64,000 bases of DNA from Heterodontus francisci (taxonomy: Eukaryota). The stretch's first letter is position 1; each line of letters begins with the position of its first letter. A program made the translations under genes and the position numbers. The notes under the pieces are model-generated. The model worked only from the letters and a program-made list of their open reading frames with translations, had not been told where the DNA came from and ran no database searches. The stretch spans positions 30,558,269 to 30,622,268 of the forward strand of contig NC_090408.1 of assembly GCF_036365525.1 (NCBI RefSeq), read 5' to 3'. Positions 35,365-47,780 of this stretch are shown here, piece by piece.

Positions 35365-37837
35365 ATAATAAAAGCAAAATACTGCGGATGCTGGAAATCT
35401 GAAACAAAAACAAGAAATGCTGGAATCACTCAGCAGGTCTGGCAGCATCTGTGGAAAGAGAAGCAGAGTTAACGTTTCGGGTCAGTGACCCTTCTTTGGA
35501 ACTGACAAATATTAGAAAAGTCACAGATTATAAACAAGTGAGGTGGGGGTTGAGCAAGAGATAACAAAGGAGAAGGTGCAGATTGGACCAGGCCACATAG
35601 CTGACCAAAAGGTCACGGAGCAAAGGCAAACAATATGTTAATGGTGTGTTGAAAGACAAAGCATTAGTACAGATTAGGTGTGAATATACTGAATATTGAA
35701 CAGCAACAAGTGCAAACCTGAAGAAAAACAACCTGAAAAAAACAGTGGGTAAGCAAACTGAACAAACTAAGATGAAATGAAATAAATGCAAAAAAAGATT
35801 GTAAAAAATGTAAAAAGGAATGTAAAAAAAAGGAAGAAAAAATAACTAAAAATGACTAAAAATGAAAGTAAAGTGGGGGGCTGTCATGCTCTGAAATTAT
35901 TGAACTCAATGTTCAGTCCGGCAGGCTGTAGTGTGCCTAATCGGTAGATGAGATGCTGTTCCTCGAGCTTGCATTGATGTTCACTGGAACACTGCAGCAA
36001 TCCCAGGACAGAGATGTGAGCATGAGAGCAGGGGGGAGTGTTGAAATGGCAAGCAACCGGAAGCTCAGGGTCCTGCTTGCTGACTGAGCGGAGATGTTCC
36101 GCAAAGTGGTCACCCAGTCTGCGCTTGGTCTCCCCAATGTAGAGGAGACCACACTGTGAGCAGCGAATACAGTATACTACATTGAAAGAAGTACAAGTAA
36201 ATCGCTGCTTCACCTGAAAGGAGTGTTTGGGGCCTGGGATAGTGAGGAGAGAGGAGGTAAATGGGCAGGTATTACACCTCCTGCGATTGCAAGGGAAGGT
36301 GCCCTGGGACGGGGACGAGGTGGTGGGGGTAATGGAGGAGTGGACCAGGGTGTCGCGGAGGGAACGATCCCTTCAGAATGCTGACAGGGGAAGGGAGGGG
36401 AAGATGCGACTGGTAGTGGCATCACGCTGGAGGTGGCGAAAATGGCAGAGGATGATCCTTTGGATATGGAGGCTGGTGGGATGAAAAGTGAGGACAAGGG
36501 GAACACGGTTGAGGGCCCTGTCAACCACAGTGGGGGGAAATCCTCGGTTGAGGAAAAAGGAGGTCATATCAGAAGCACCGTCATGGAAGGTAGCATCATC
36601 AGAGCAGCTGCGTCGGAGACGGAGAAACTGGGAGAATGGAATGGAGTCCTTACAGGAGGTAGGGTGTGAAGAAGTGTAGTCGAGGTAGCTGTGGGAGTCA
36701 GTGGGCTTATAATGGATATTGGTAGACAACCTATCCCCAGAGATGGAGACAGAGAAGTCGAGGAAGGGAAGGGAAGTGTCAGAGATGGACCATGTAAAGG
36801 TGAGAGAAGGGTGGAAATTGGAAGCAAAGTTGATAAAGTTTTCTAGTTCGGGGCGGGAGCAGGAAATGGCACCGATACAGTCATCAATGTACCGGAAAAA
36901 GAGTTGGGGGAGGGGGCCTGAGTAGGACTGGAACAAAGAATGCTCGACATATCCCACAAAAAGACAGGCATAACTAGGACCCATGCGGGTACCCATAGCG
37001 ACACCTTTTACTTGAAGGAAATGCATGGAGTTGAAGGAGAAGTTGTTCAATGTGAGAACAAGTTCAGCCAGGCGGAGGAGGGTGTTGGTGGATGGGGACT
37101 GGTTGGGCCTCTGTTCCAGGAAGAAGCGGAGAGCCATCAAACCATCCTGGTGGGGGATGGAGGTGTAGAGCGATTGGACGTCCATAGTGAAGAGGAGGCG
37201 GTTGGGACCAGGAAACTGGAAATTGTCAAAATGACGTAGGGCGTCAGAAGAGTGACGGATGTAGGTGGGAAGAGACTGGACCAGTGGAGAAAAGATAGAG
37301 TCTAGATAGGAAGAAATAAGTTCAGTGGGGCAGGAGCAGGCTGACACAATGGGTCTGCCGGGACAGTCCCGTTTGTGGATTTTGGGAAGGAGGTAGAAGC
37401 GGGTTGTCCGGGGTTGCGGGACTATGAGGTTGGAAGCTGTAGAGGGAAGATCTCCAGAGGAGATGAGGTCAGTGACAGTCCTTTGGACGGTGGCTTGATG
37501 TTCGGTGGTGGGGTCATGGTCCAGAGGGAGGTAGGAAGAGGTGTCTGTGAGTTGCCGTTGAGCTTCTGCAAGGTAGAGGTCGGTACGCCATACAACAACA
37601 GCACCACCCTTGTCTGCAGGTTTGATGACCATGTCGGGGTTAGACCTGAGAGAACGGAGTGCCTCAAGTTCAGAGGGGGACAGGTTAGAGTGAGTGAGGG
37701 GGGCAGAGAAATTGAGACGACCAATGTCTCGCCGACAGTTTTCAATGAAGAGATCAAGAGCGGGTAAGAGGCCAGGGGGAGGGGTCCAGGTAGAGGGAGA
37801 ATGCTGGAGGCGGGTGAATGGGTCTGCTGGGAGAATG
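35365..37837 (-). mobile_element. Penelope-like element, Neptune type, 5'-truncated, with TSD
   Basis: RT plus GIY-YIG ORF and a terminal repeat with a hammerhead-like motif (35365-35515). Perfect 14-bp duplication ctgttaacaccatt at 35351-35364 and 37838-37851. Confidence 0.95.
35884..37830 (-). pseudogene. Penelope RT / GIY-YIG endonuclease ORF with one in-frame stop and an internal deletion
   Basis: KPADKG, FYLLPKIHK, GRPIVS, MDVQSLYTSI, GVAMG, RYIDD, linker FPCNRRRCNTC and VVYCIRCSQCGLLYIGET. ORFs 36373-37632 and 35884-36213 share a frame across a TGA at 36373-36375. Confidence 0.93.
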
Positions 37838-37889
37838 CTGTTAACACCATTTCCTGGTTTAAAATCCTTTGAGGGTGACTATATTGTGT

Positions 37890-38230
37890 TAGTGTGGCAC
37901 TAAACATTACCAGCTAGGAAAGTCCTGGGTTCAGTCTCTGGCCTGTGTTCCATTAGCTGATCACACCCCTGGTGTTGTGGGAGCACTACAGTTGCTCTGT
38001 ATTCCCATTCTATGGGAGGAGAAGAAAATCTCCCAATGTCTCTGCTACTGATTGCGTTCTGGTAGCCTCTGATGGAAAGCATCTGTGTGGCTACCAATGA
38101 AAGATGGCTCACATGTGATGGACCCCTCCCCATGTATACCCACACTGGAATAGCTTACATGCATTCCCTGTTTAAACTCATACATGCAGAAGGCCACAGA
38201 GTAAGTTCAGTGATTGCAGAGAGTGCGAGT
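37890..38230 (+). mobile_element. Ancient SINE-like repeat (same family as 15984)
   Basis: gtgtggcactaa..gtcctgggttcagtctctgg..ttagctgatc..ctacagttg..ctgatggaaag. Confidence 0.55.
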
Positions 38231-38694
38231 TGGAGAATTAACGCTTTGATATTCTTTGCTCCTCCCCCCCGGCTCCAAGCCACGCTTCCCTCAGTCACCA
38301 CTCCCCACTGAGAGGGTGGGATTGCTGTATTTATCCTGCTGCTTTCAGGGAAGAAAATAGGAGTGGAATGGAAATCGGAATGCTGTGCCCCTCAACCTGA
38401 GCTGCTCTTTTTCAAGTTGTGCATTAATGATGATCACAGTTTTGTTTCTGGGATGTTGATATGCCTGTAGAAGAAATCAGACACCAGCAACATACAGTTT
38501 TTGCATTGATCGCTCCTCTCTGCCTGTACAGCTGGCTTTTTGACTGGCAGGAATGGAGTTAAGTGCCATCTGTGCATGAGATGCTGATTCCTGGAGCTGC
38601 ATCAGGAGAAAAGGTCAAAAATACAGTTAGCATTGACAGGATCACTGCCCCAGATGTGAATCCTTGCAGTGTGTATTACTGTCCGTTGCCCTTA

Positions 38695-39352
38695 GTTTTG
38701 AACTGTGCCCCCTAGTTTTAGTCTCTCCCACAATGGGATACATCCTTTCAATATCCACCCTGTCAAGTCCCCTCAGGATCTTATATGTTTCAATAAGATC
38801 ACCTCTCATCCTTCTGAACTCCAATGAATACAACATTTCTTAAGATAACCCTCTCATTGCAGGAATCAGTCAAGTGAACCTTCTCTGAACTGCTACCAAT
38901 GCAATTATATCCTTTCTTAAGTAAGGAGGCCAAAACTGTACACAATTCTCTAAATGTGGTCTCACCAATGCCCTGTACAACTGTAGTAAAATATCTCTAG
39001 AATCAGAGAATCATAGAAAGTTTACATACAGAAAAAGGCCACTTGGCCCATCATGTCTGTACCGACTAAAAATGATCTAGTCTAATCCCATTTACCAGCA
39101 TTTGGTCCGTAGCCCTGCAGATTACAGCACTTGAGGTGCATATCCAGACTCCTTTTGAATGAGTTGAGGGTTTCTGCCTCAACTACCCTTTCAGGCAATG
39201 AGTTCCAGACTCCCATCACCCTCTGGGGTTCAATTCCCCTTACAATAAACAACAACATTACATTTGTCTTCTTAATCACTTGCATACTAACTTTTTATGT
39301 TCCGTGTACTAGGACACCCAGATGCCTCTGCAGCTCAGAGTTCTGCAATCCT
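38695..39352 (-). mobile_element. CR1 fragment containing a nested CR1 3' end of another subfamily (38998-39227)
   Basis: LYSLEFRRMRGDLIETYKI..KTRGH. A new tail (gaatcagagaatcatagaa) starts at ~38998 and the host resumes at ~39228. Confidence 0.85.
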
Positions 39353-41078
39353 TGTGTATATTATTATTTAGGTGCTTTATTGTCCCATTTACAGCACACT
39401 CCATTATCCAGAGAGTTTGATCCTTCACCACAAGTCTTTTGTGAAGCAGTTTACCAAGTTCCCTCTGAAAGTCCAGATACCAAAAAGATGCCATGTTCCT
39501 TTCCTCCAATTATTTTACATCTTCAAAGAATTAATTTGTCGTGCGTGACCTATTTTTTACAAGCCCAAGTTGGCTGGGAACTATTGTCTTTACCCTTGTC
39601 GTTTTCTTTATAAATAGACTCCATTGGTATTTTTCCCTCAATTAATGCTTTAAGCATCTAAGACTACAATTCCCAGGATCATGTTTTTGCTGTTTTCTTT
39701 TAAAACTGAAATGAGTTGTTTTCCAATTATCTGGGGCTATCCCTGCACTCAATGATCAAAGTGGGCACAGGTTCCCCTTCCACACTCATTTCCTTCAGAA
39801 TTCTTGGATACATTCCATCTGGTCCTGTTGTCTTCAAACACTCTGTTGTGCTATTTGTCCATCTCAGCTGCACTGTGACAAAATATTGATGTAACCCTGG
39901 AACTCATTTGCTGCAGCACACTTGTTACTTTGTAGTCGATGTGTTAATGTGGTCAGTTTCATTTGCACATCACAAGTTAGCTATGAAGTGTTCTGTATGC
40001 CAGTGGCATATCTGTAACTAGTTCATGGTACTTTTTGGACAGCTTAGGTTTGCAGCTGACCTTGATTTTTCTCCAGCTGTAAATGAGCTGTGCATTCCGT
40101 GTTATTATAGTTGCACAGATAATGCAGAAATATGAACTTATCCAAGCAGTGCTAATCATTTGATTTCTGTAAAGAACCAGTTTTGTTCAAAATCATCAAA
40201 ACCAATTCTACTTTTGTCCTTCCAAGCTCAACATTTCGCACTTGAAAACATAATTTTAAAAATGAGTACAAGTGAATATATCTTACATTGCAATAATAAC
40301 CCTTGCCTTTAAATAAAAATAATACTGTGCAGAATAATACACTATTGATCAAGTTACTGTTCAGTGCATTTTCTAAATCGTTTTTCATGATTGATGTCGA
40401 TAAAAACATAAAATGTTCCAGCAAAACTTTAAATAATACAAAAAAGCACTGTTCATGTTACATGTTACACTTTTAATGACAGTCAAATAGTTTAATTCAC
40501 CAAAGCATCGTTATTTTGCTGTGAAGAGCTTAACGATGTGATAAGGTGCTATTTAACCACAAGTTCCCTTTACAGTTCGAAAACTTGCAGCATAAAAGTA
40601 TAACTGTGCAAATTTTTCTAATTCTTGGAGTAAACAGCTCTTCACTAAATGTCAAGTGATGTGCTTTCTGTTTCGATAGCAGTTTTAACTTGGAATAACT
40701 CATTTTATTTAACTCTCCCCACTATGTTGCCATATTTATCCCTTCCCTTCCTTAGTGTCGGAGCTCCAGGGTGCAGTTAGAGACAAGGTTCCTGTGGGGC
40801 TAGTGTGTTTGCGACATCATAAACGGAGCAGGAAGAGTTCCTCCAGTTGCTATGGGCGGGATCTTCTGCACTTAATCCCTGCTGGAATGAAGGGACCATT
40901 TCAGGGTCGGGAACTAGATTTACTAGGGTCTTTCCCAGAGCTAAGGCATTAGCATCCTGCCTCTGTGTTCCCTGACCAATCATTCTGTCAAAAGAAGAAT
41001 TTCTAATTAAAGGGGCCACGGCATGAGTTACAAGGACTCACCAGCACTTGGATTTTTGAGGCTGTAGCAACCACAGGA

Positions 41079-41280
41079 ATGGAGAAGAGACCTGGCAAGA
41101 TCTGATGTCCAGTTCTTTTACTCTTAACCTGGAGGTCCAGCTGCAGGATCTTGGGCTGCAGTGCAAGGATGGGAGGAAGAGGACAGCCTTTCCAACCAAG
41201 CAGACATGGATGGAAGTGCCAACAGCAGAAGTGTGGTCTCTCCAGCCTGGAGACAACGCACCAAGAGGATCTAGGACCTC
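41079..41280 (+). pseudogene. Harbinger Myb/SANT-like DNA-binding protein remnant
   Basis: Across frameshifts: LEVQLQ..DGRKR..TKQTWMEV..WRQRTKRI*DL, matching the W..I/V..W.Q...KW/F.DL trihelix pattern of NAIF1/MSANTD-like domains. Confidence 0.65.
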
Positions 41281-41555
41281 AGGATTCCATGACAGGAGAG
41301 TGGCATAACACTTTCAGGTGCCAAGCCCCACACTCTGACTGGCCTAGCATTCTCCTGCACAGCGCTCCTCAAGTCAACACATCTTGCAGCTCCACTCATT
41401 CCTCTCTCTGCAGGTACCTCACATCCTCATCTGAACAGCCAACACTCACACTCACCCTCACCATATTGCCCTCTAGCAACCATGCCTCACAATCACCCTC
41501 CACAAAAGTTGTCCTTCCCTCCACTGTACACAAGCCATTATGGGGTGAGCCTCTT

Positions 41556-41702
41556 GTGACGGGCACCTTATCGGCCACAGGGAAGGAGTTCTTTTTCCAG
41601 GAGGCTGCAGATGTCAACAGTGACCTCCCACGAGAACCTGAGCCTCCTGAGGCACTGGTGCTCGGACATGTCAAGAGAGCTGATTCTCTGCCTGTAGACC
41701 CT
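41556..41702 (-). pseudogene. Harbinger (HARBI1-like) transposase N-terminal remnant
   Basis: Manual translation RVYRQRISSLDMSEHQCLRRLRFSWEVTVDICSLLEKELLP, then PVADKV in an adjacent frame. DDE core absent. Confidence 0.75.
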
Positions 41703-42479
41703 GGGTTGGGGGTCTCATCTTCCAACTGGATTTTGTTGTCCACCCCCTCTGCCCTTTGCAGGGCATGCAGCTGAGGAAAAGGCAGGTGTTGCTGCTCCTG
41801 CTAGCGGTGCTGTTGCCTCTGCTCTTGCCTCTCATCAGAGGTGCAAGGTGGAGCTGCATAAGTTGGCATCCATGCTATGGTAAAGGCTGACAGCGGGGGA
41901 GTGCAGCTGAAGGTGAGTGAAGTGCCTTCTAAGAAGTTCGCAACTTGTCAAGCAATGATAGCACTCTGGGAGAAGTGCTTTGAACAGCACCTCTCACCTG
42001 GCCATGGCTGGAGCTCTTCAGCGTCACTGATCAAAGGCTTCCCAGTCTGTCAATTTCACAGAAGAAGCTCTTGCTGCTGTGCTCTTGCCTTGGTGATCCT
42101 GGCAAGTTTCTGACAGGTCGGGAAACACATTCCCTGGCTGGGAGAGTCAGAATCCAAGGTTAATGGAGCTCTTTATTGGATTCCCACCAGATCCAAGGAG
42201 GTTCCCTGCTTGCCTTGGAATTCGCTCTGGGGAAACCCGGAAAGGGGTGGAATGACATTGGGACACTGTCCCAACGTCAATTTCAGGGGATTTAACTCCC
42301 TGCGCGTACGCCTCTCCTTGGCTGGGAAATTGGATTAATAGAGACCTGTTGAACAGGACATTTGACTGGGAGATTAAACAAGCCTATATAAGGGACAAGC
42401 CTAACAAATTAGTGAAGGAGTGGTACTATGGGTAAGAGAGAACACAGCATCCAGAGAAATAAATAAATGCCTTGATGGA

Positions 42480-43520
42480 TGCAGCAAAGACCGCATAGGT
42501 TAAGGTCAAGGATAGAAAGAAAAAGATGTTTTTCTAGATCCCCTAGACAGGAGGAGAGGAACGACCAGGAAATGTTTCTACCGATAAGGAAGACTTGTAA
42601 AAAGAACAGAATGTTCATGGTGGGGGATTCCAATTACTCAAAGTATTGACTGGTAAACATCAGAGGAAATCTGAGAAACGCATGTTTGTAAAAATATTCG
42701 AGTTTAAAAGCAAGGACTTTGAACATGAATTTAATTTGGAAAAGTTAATTGAAATGCAATAATATTTGGGAATTTACAATATATTGAGGAACGTATAATG
42801 AGATGTGGACATAGCGTAGGATGTTCCGCGTATCTGACACAGACAGACTAATGAGGAAGTGCTGGAAATGGCTGGAGAATAGAGGAAATTAATGCATAAC
42901 ATCAAAGAGAGAAAGATACAATACTTCGGTCACATCATTCGAGCGGAAGGTAGACAGAAACAACTATTGGAAGGAAAGATCGATGGAAAATGTAGGAGAG
43001 GGAAGCAGAGAAGAAAATGGATGATAAATATAATGGACTGGATGCAGTTGACCTATGCAGAATGTGTAAGGACAGCACAGGGCAGACAGAGATGGAGATC
43101 CATGACCGTCAACCTTCTGGGAAGAAAATGTCTCCAATGAACGAACGAATAATGAGGAAGAAGGCGACCGAATTCAGGACTTTGATCTTTTTAAGGATAC
43201 GTGGTCTCAAAATGAAACTCCGAGGCAAGTTTTCAAGATTATGAGGGGGATCAACAATGTCAATCTGGGAAAAATGACAAAGGGTTCAAAAAGCAGGAAA
43301 CACAAATTAGAAAGCAGTGAACAAAATAGGAGGCAAGGAGCAAGAAGCAATGTCGGGCAGAATGTTTTTCGCCTGGGAAAGCCACTGAAGAAAATGGTAA
43401 AACTGGATTCAGTCAACAATGAGATACATTTATGAAGATCAAGGTACTGAGAAAACAAATAAAGGGAGCTTAATCAAAAGGTAATAGATTTTACAGGCTT
43501 AATGGTCTTCTCATTCCTAA
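42480..43520 (+). mobile_element. Very old CR1 remnants (APE part and 3' end) flanking an RTE insertion
   Basis: tagatcccct (YRPP-like) and atggtgggggattccaattac..attgactgg (GDFNY..IDW-like), later gttttcaagattatgagggg and ggcttaatggtcttct. Confidence 0.5.
42799..43150 (+). mobile_element. RTE-clade LINE 3' fragment with a BovB-like C-terminus
   Basis: EMWT*RRMFRVS..TNEEVL..IQYFGHIIR..LLEGKIDGKCRRGKQRRKWM. Short repeat tail tgaacgaacgaat. Confidence 0.85.
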
Positions 43521-43796
43521 ACATTCTGAGCCTCACAACTGAAAGACTGTGCTCTTGGTGCTGAATCTCATAATTTCGAGACTTAAGAATTTTTGGCTTA
43601 CTGGGCAGGTGCGCAAGACAGATACATTTCCAATTCCACAAACTTGATTCCAATTCTTGTACAAGTATGGTGAAAATATTTAGCTCCCCTCACCCCCCCC
43701 CCCAACCATGTGCTCCTGGCTTGTTAAGATTGCGCCCGTGACTCATTTAACACGCTGCTTTATCCTCAAAACAGTCTCAGCTACGTATTAATCTAA

Positions 43797-44310
43797 TGGC
43801 CCACATTTTGCAGCCAGCGGCAAAGCAAGGGCGCTCACTTCTGACCATGAAGTAAGTCTCGCTGAGATATGTACTGATTTCTCTGGCGAGAATTTTATTT
43901 CTATCTCCATGCAGTGTCACTGCAACTGATTGCTACTGGGCATTTCCAGCATGGAGCTGGACTGATGTCATCAGGCTGTCCAAGCAACCAATCACATTAA
44001 AGGATTTCACAGAGACACAAACAGGAAACTAAAAGCACTAAAATAAAACCACTTTAAAAATTGTTTACATACAGCAAATTAAAGATTGGAACATACACAT
44101 GGGGTGAAGGTAGAAGCTAAAATAGTCTTTTAAAAAGCTCTTTATAAGTTGTTAAGATTTAGCTTAAAAAATCTAGTTCATCATTTAATAGCACTCGATG
44201 GTTATAAAAGTATATTTTCAGGGCTAATTCTGTTCATCACATTTTATTTATCACATTGCCATTAAAAATCCAATTTAACCTGATTGAACAAGGTCTAACT
44301 TTTTAATGGG
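43797..44310. mobile_element. Truncated MITE related to 14153-15160 (opposite orientation)
   Basis: tggcccacattttgcagccagcggcaaag versus the reverse complement of the 15160 end, tggcccgaattttgcagtcagtggcaaag. Confidence 0.65.
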
Positions 44311-44677
44311 TTTCAAATGGGGATGTGGGAGAGGGAAAGTTGAAATTCTCACTGATTTCGGTGATTGCCAGCTCTGGGGTGGGGGGAAGGGGCCACAACA
44401 CAATCAGTGTCAGAGCCCAGAGGGGTAACAACAGCAAATGCTGATAGTTCACCATCAACACCCTCCTCCCCAGCCAAACCCCCACACAATCTGGCCCAAT
44501 ATCTTCTGATTGGCACCCCCACTCTGGCTCATTTATTCTCACAATTCTGCTCATGAACGCAGTAGCATGACTGTGAATAATCAGGAAAAACACAACTTTT
44601 TATCCTTTTTCAATTCTGTTTTCCAAGCAAGTTGCCTCAGCTTAATTTTGATGAGCTCCAACTCTCTCAGTTGGAGT

Positions 44678-45356
44678 ATCCCTACCTGGGGGCTACCATT
44701 GACCAGAAACTGAACTGGAGTAGCCATATAAATACCGTGGCTACAAGAGCCGGTCGGAGGCTAGGAATCCTGCGGCGAGTAACTCATCTCCTGACTCCCC
44801 AAAGCCTGTTCACCATCTACAAGGCACAAGTCAGAAGTGTGATGGGATACTCTCCACTTGCCTGGATGGGTGCAGCTCCAACAACACTCAAGAAGCTTGA
44901 CACCATCCAGGACAAAAGCAGCCTGCTTGATTAGCACGCCATCCACCACCTTCAACATTCACTCGCTCCACCACCGACGCACAATGGCAGCAATGTGTAC
45001 CATCTACAAGATGCACAGCAGCAACTCACCAAGGCTCCTTAGACAGAACCTTCCAAACCCACAACCTCTACCACCTAGAAGGACAAAGGCAGCAGATGCA
45101 TGGGAGCACCACCACTGCAAGTTCCCGTCCAAGCCTCCATCATCCTGACTTGAAACTATGTCGCCGTTCCTTCACTGTCGCTGGGTCAAAATCCTGGAAC
45201 TCTCTTCCCAACAGCACTGTGGGTGTACCTATTCCACATGGACTGCAGCGGTTCAAGTAGGCAGCTCACCACCACCTTCTCAAGGGCAATTAGGGATGGG
45301 CAATAAATGCTGGCCTGGACAGTGACACTCACATCCCATGAACGAATTTTTAAAAA
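44678..45356 (+). mobile_element. 3' fragment of the tRNA-headed LINE family
   Basis: LGATIDQKLNWSSHI..IYKAQVRSVMGY. Tail aagggcaattagggatgggcaataaatgctgg. Confidence 0.92.
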
Positions 45357-45469
45357 TCTCACAGGATGATGTCTTATGAGAGTTTAGTTATCCACGAGTG
45401 TGTCTCCTTTCTCTGTTGAAGATGGAGCAAGAAAATCAAAAGGGGCATTTTTTTGCCACATTTACTTAC

Positions 45470-45575
45470 ATTCAGTTGAGGCCACATTCAGATCAGCCAA
45501 CTTATCAAATGGCCAAGCAGGCTTGAAGGGCCAAATGGCCTACTGCTGCTCCTAATTCATATGTTTGTACCTATG
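45470..45575 (+). mobile_element. CR1-type 3' tail
   Basis: agttgaggcc..agatcagcc..gcaggcttgaagggccaaatggcctactgctgctcctaatt. Confidence 0.65.
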
Positions 45576-45583
45576 TATATGTA

Positions 45584-46135
45584 TCGCAGCCTCCAGAGAA
45601 TACTTGGCATCAGGTGGCAGGACCGTATCTCCAACACAGAAGTCCTCGAGGTGGCCAACATCCCCAGCTTATACACACTACTGAGTCAGTGGCGCTTGAG
45701 ATGGCTTGGCCATGTGAGCCGCATGGAAGATGGCAGGATCCCCAAAGACACATTGTACAGCGAGCTCGCCACTGGTATCAGGCCCACCGGCCGTCCATGT
45801 CTCCGCTTTACAGACGTCTGCAAACGCGACATGAAGTCCTGTGACATTGATCACAAGTCATGGGAGTCAGTTGCCAGCGTTCGCCAGAGCTGGCGGGCAG
45901 CCTAAAGTGTGGCGAGTCGAAGAGACTTAGCAGTTGGCAGGAAAAAAGACAAAGGCGCAAGGAGAGAGCCAACTGTGTAACAGCCCCGACAAACAAATTT
46001 TTCTGCAGCACCTGTGGAAGAGCCTGTCACTCTCGAATTGGCCTTTATAGCCACTCCAGGCGCTGCTCCACACACCACTGACCACCTCCAGGCGCTTACC
46101 CATTGTCTCTCAAGACAAGGAGGCCAAAGAAGGAT
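45584..46135 (+). mobile_element. RTE-clade LINE 3' fragment
   Basis: LQRILGIRWQDRISNTEVL..RLRWLGHVSRMEDGRIPKDTLYSEL..GRP and CSTCGRACHSRIGLYSH. Confidence 0.93.
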
Positions 46136-46403
46136 AAAGAAAAGTAATAAAAAGGCGGAAAACAAAGAAAAAGAGCGTTTAAAAAGAAAGGAGTAGAAGA
46201 ATCTAACAGGGTGCTGTGGTAAAGTAAGTTTATTGTGGTTAAGTTATTATGTCTTTCTTTAAACGACCATGGACTACATATTCAAAATTAGATTTAATCA
46301 GCTGTATTTTAGTCAGTAAAATTAATCTATGATTCAAGTTTCATGGTGTCAGGATTTTAGAATATTTCAGAAAAGGAAAATAATGGGGAAATTAAGCGAT
46401 ACA

Positions 46404-47100
46404 ATGGGCCGGATCTTGCTGGAAAAATAATGGTGTGTTAATGACGCACAGCGATATTAATATGCAAATCAGTCTGCAAGTTCAGCGGTTAAGAGATAGA
46501 TCATGAGTTACGAGTCTCCAGAACTTGCTGATCGATTTATATTACTCCACCTTTTGCTTCCCACAGCAGTACTTTGCCCCTAACCTCCCTGTGATTTTTG
46601 CCAGATTTGCACATTAATTGCCCATTAAACTGGGCACTGAAAGTTACATCTGGTAATTCAAAACGTAAGTATCCTTTTAACGATGCGATAATCGTTGGGG
46701 AGCAATTGGACGCTCATTTTCGCAGGTAGTGAATTGTTCTTGGAGACTTTATATATTTCAAATTCAAAATTTAAAAAAATATTTTTTCTTTTCGTTCTAG
46801 CTTTTTTCTGTCTCTTAATCCAGTCTTTTACTATCTTTATTTTTCAATACCTAATTGGATTAATTCACCCACTCTTAATGCACCCTCCATCTCTGTTATT
46901 TCTCTATTTCTTTCTCAATCCTTAAATCTCACTGGTTAAGGAGATAAGCCTGTTGGTTTCACATTCACTGACGTCCCAGATACCAAGTTGCCCTTGCCAC
47001 ACCATTAGCAGCTCAAACTTCCAGCGAGTTAGATTGCAAAACAAAGTCGGGCTGAAGGTGCACACTGCAAGATACGCCACCCCATCAAGATCTGGTCCAT
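46404..47100. mobile_element. MITE (PIF/Harbinger-like)
   Basis: TIR atgggccggatcttg / caagatctggtccat (2 mismatches). Confidence 0.75.
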
Positions 47101-47319
47101 GTAAATAATTGAGTAATACTGTAGTTTCTTCTAATGATCCCATGCACAGTACTACGTTAGTTATAGCACAACTGCTTGTGTTTAGCATTTGCATTGATCT
47201 TCCCGAGCGTTGAAACATCGAGAGAAAACTTGGAATCAACAAGTAGTTGTACTAAAACAGAGAGCAAGCTATTTGTAGGAGTACGATCTTCCTTAAACTT
47301 GGTAGACTTTATTTGCTTG

Positions 47320-47505
47320 GGCCCCCAGTGTGTTTGCCACTTCCCTTGGTATGTTTGCTAAGTCTCTTAGCATTCCCAGTATCCTCTGGCATGCCTGTGA
47401 ACTCTCTCCCCTGGTGTTTCTGCTGCTCCGCCTCCCCTATGTGCCTGTTCAGTGCCTCAGCATGTCTGCTGATTTCCCCCATGTGTTTGCTTGCTGTCCT
47501 GGTAT
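47320..47505. repeat. Degenerate ~21-bp minisatellite
   Basis: About 8-9 units resembling cccYYrgtRtgtttgct. Confidence 0.5.
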
Positions 47506-47780
47506 ATTATGAAGGAGCACATCTCTTTAATCTCCTTGCCATCATTACACTTCACTTTCACACATAGGAGAAAAGCAATGATTCCAGTGTTGAATGGATA
47601 GATTTTAGGCATAAAATAAATGTATAAAAAGGAATAAAAAATGAAACCTGTTTGAAATGTTTTGTCTCATGATATATTACAGCGTTGAATAAAAACTTGG
47701 CCATTGGTAAAGTAGGATTGGCCTCGTAATGTCACTTGTGACTAATGTTCAGTTGTGGCTTCAAAATTACTTCTATAATT

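Larger units (their letters stand above)
40855..42335. mobile_element. Internally deleted PIF/Harbinger transposon
   Basis: Convergent Myb/SANT-like and transposase remnants. Degenerate inverted subterminal blocks gggtctttcccagag and ctctggggaaaccc. Confidence 0.75.

Noticed and set aside
39082-39285. Apparently continuous CR1 peptide
   Set aside because: Chance in-frame fusion at the junction of a nested CR1 insertion.
41151-41774. 207-aa Ser/Pro/Thr-rich ORF
   Set aside because: Off-frame and antisense reading of the Harbinger remnant.
47320-47505. CRISPR-like array
   Set aside because: Units are contiguous and degenerate with no unique spacers, in a eukaryotic context. It is a minisatellite.
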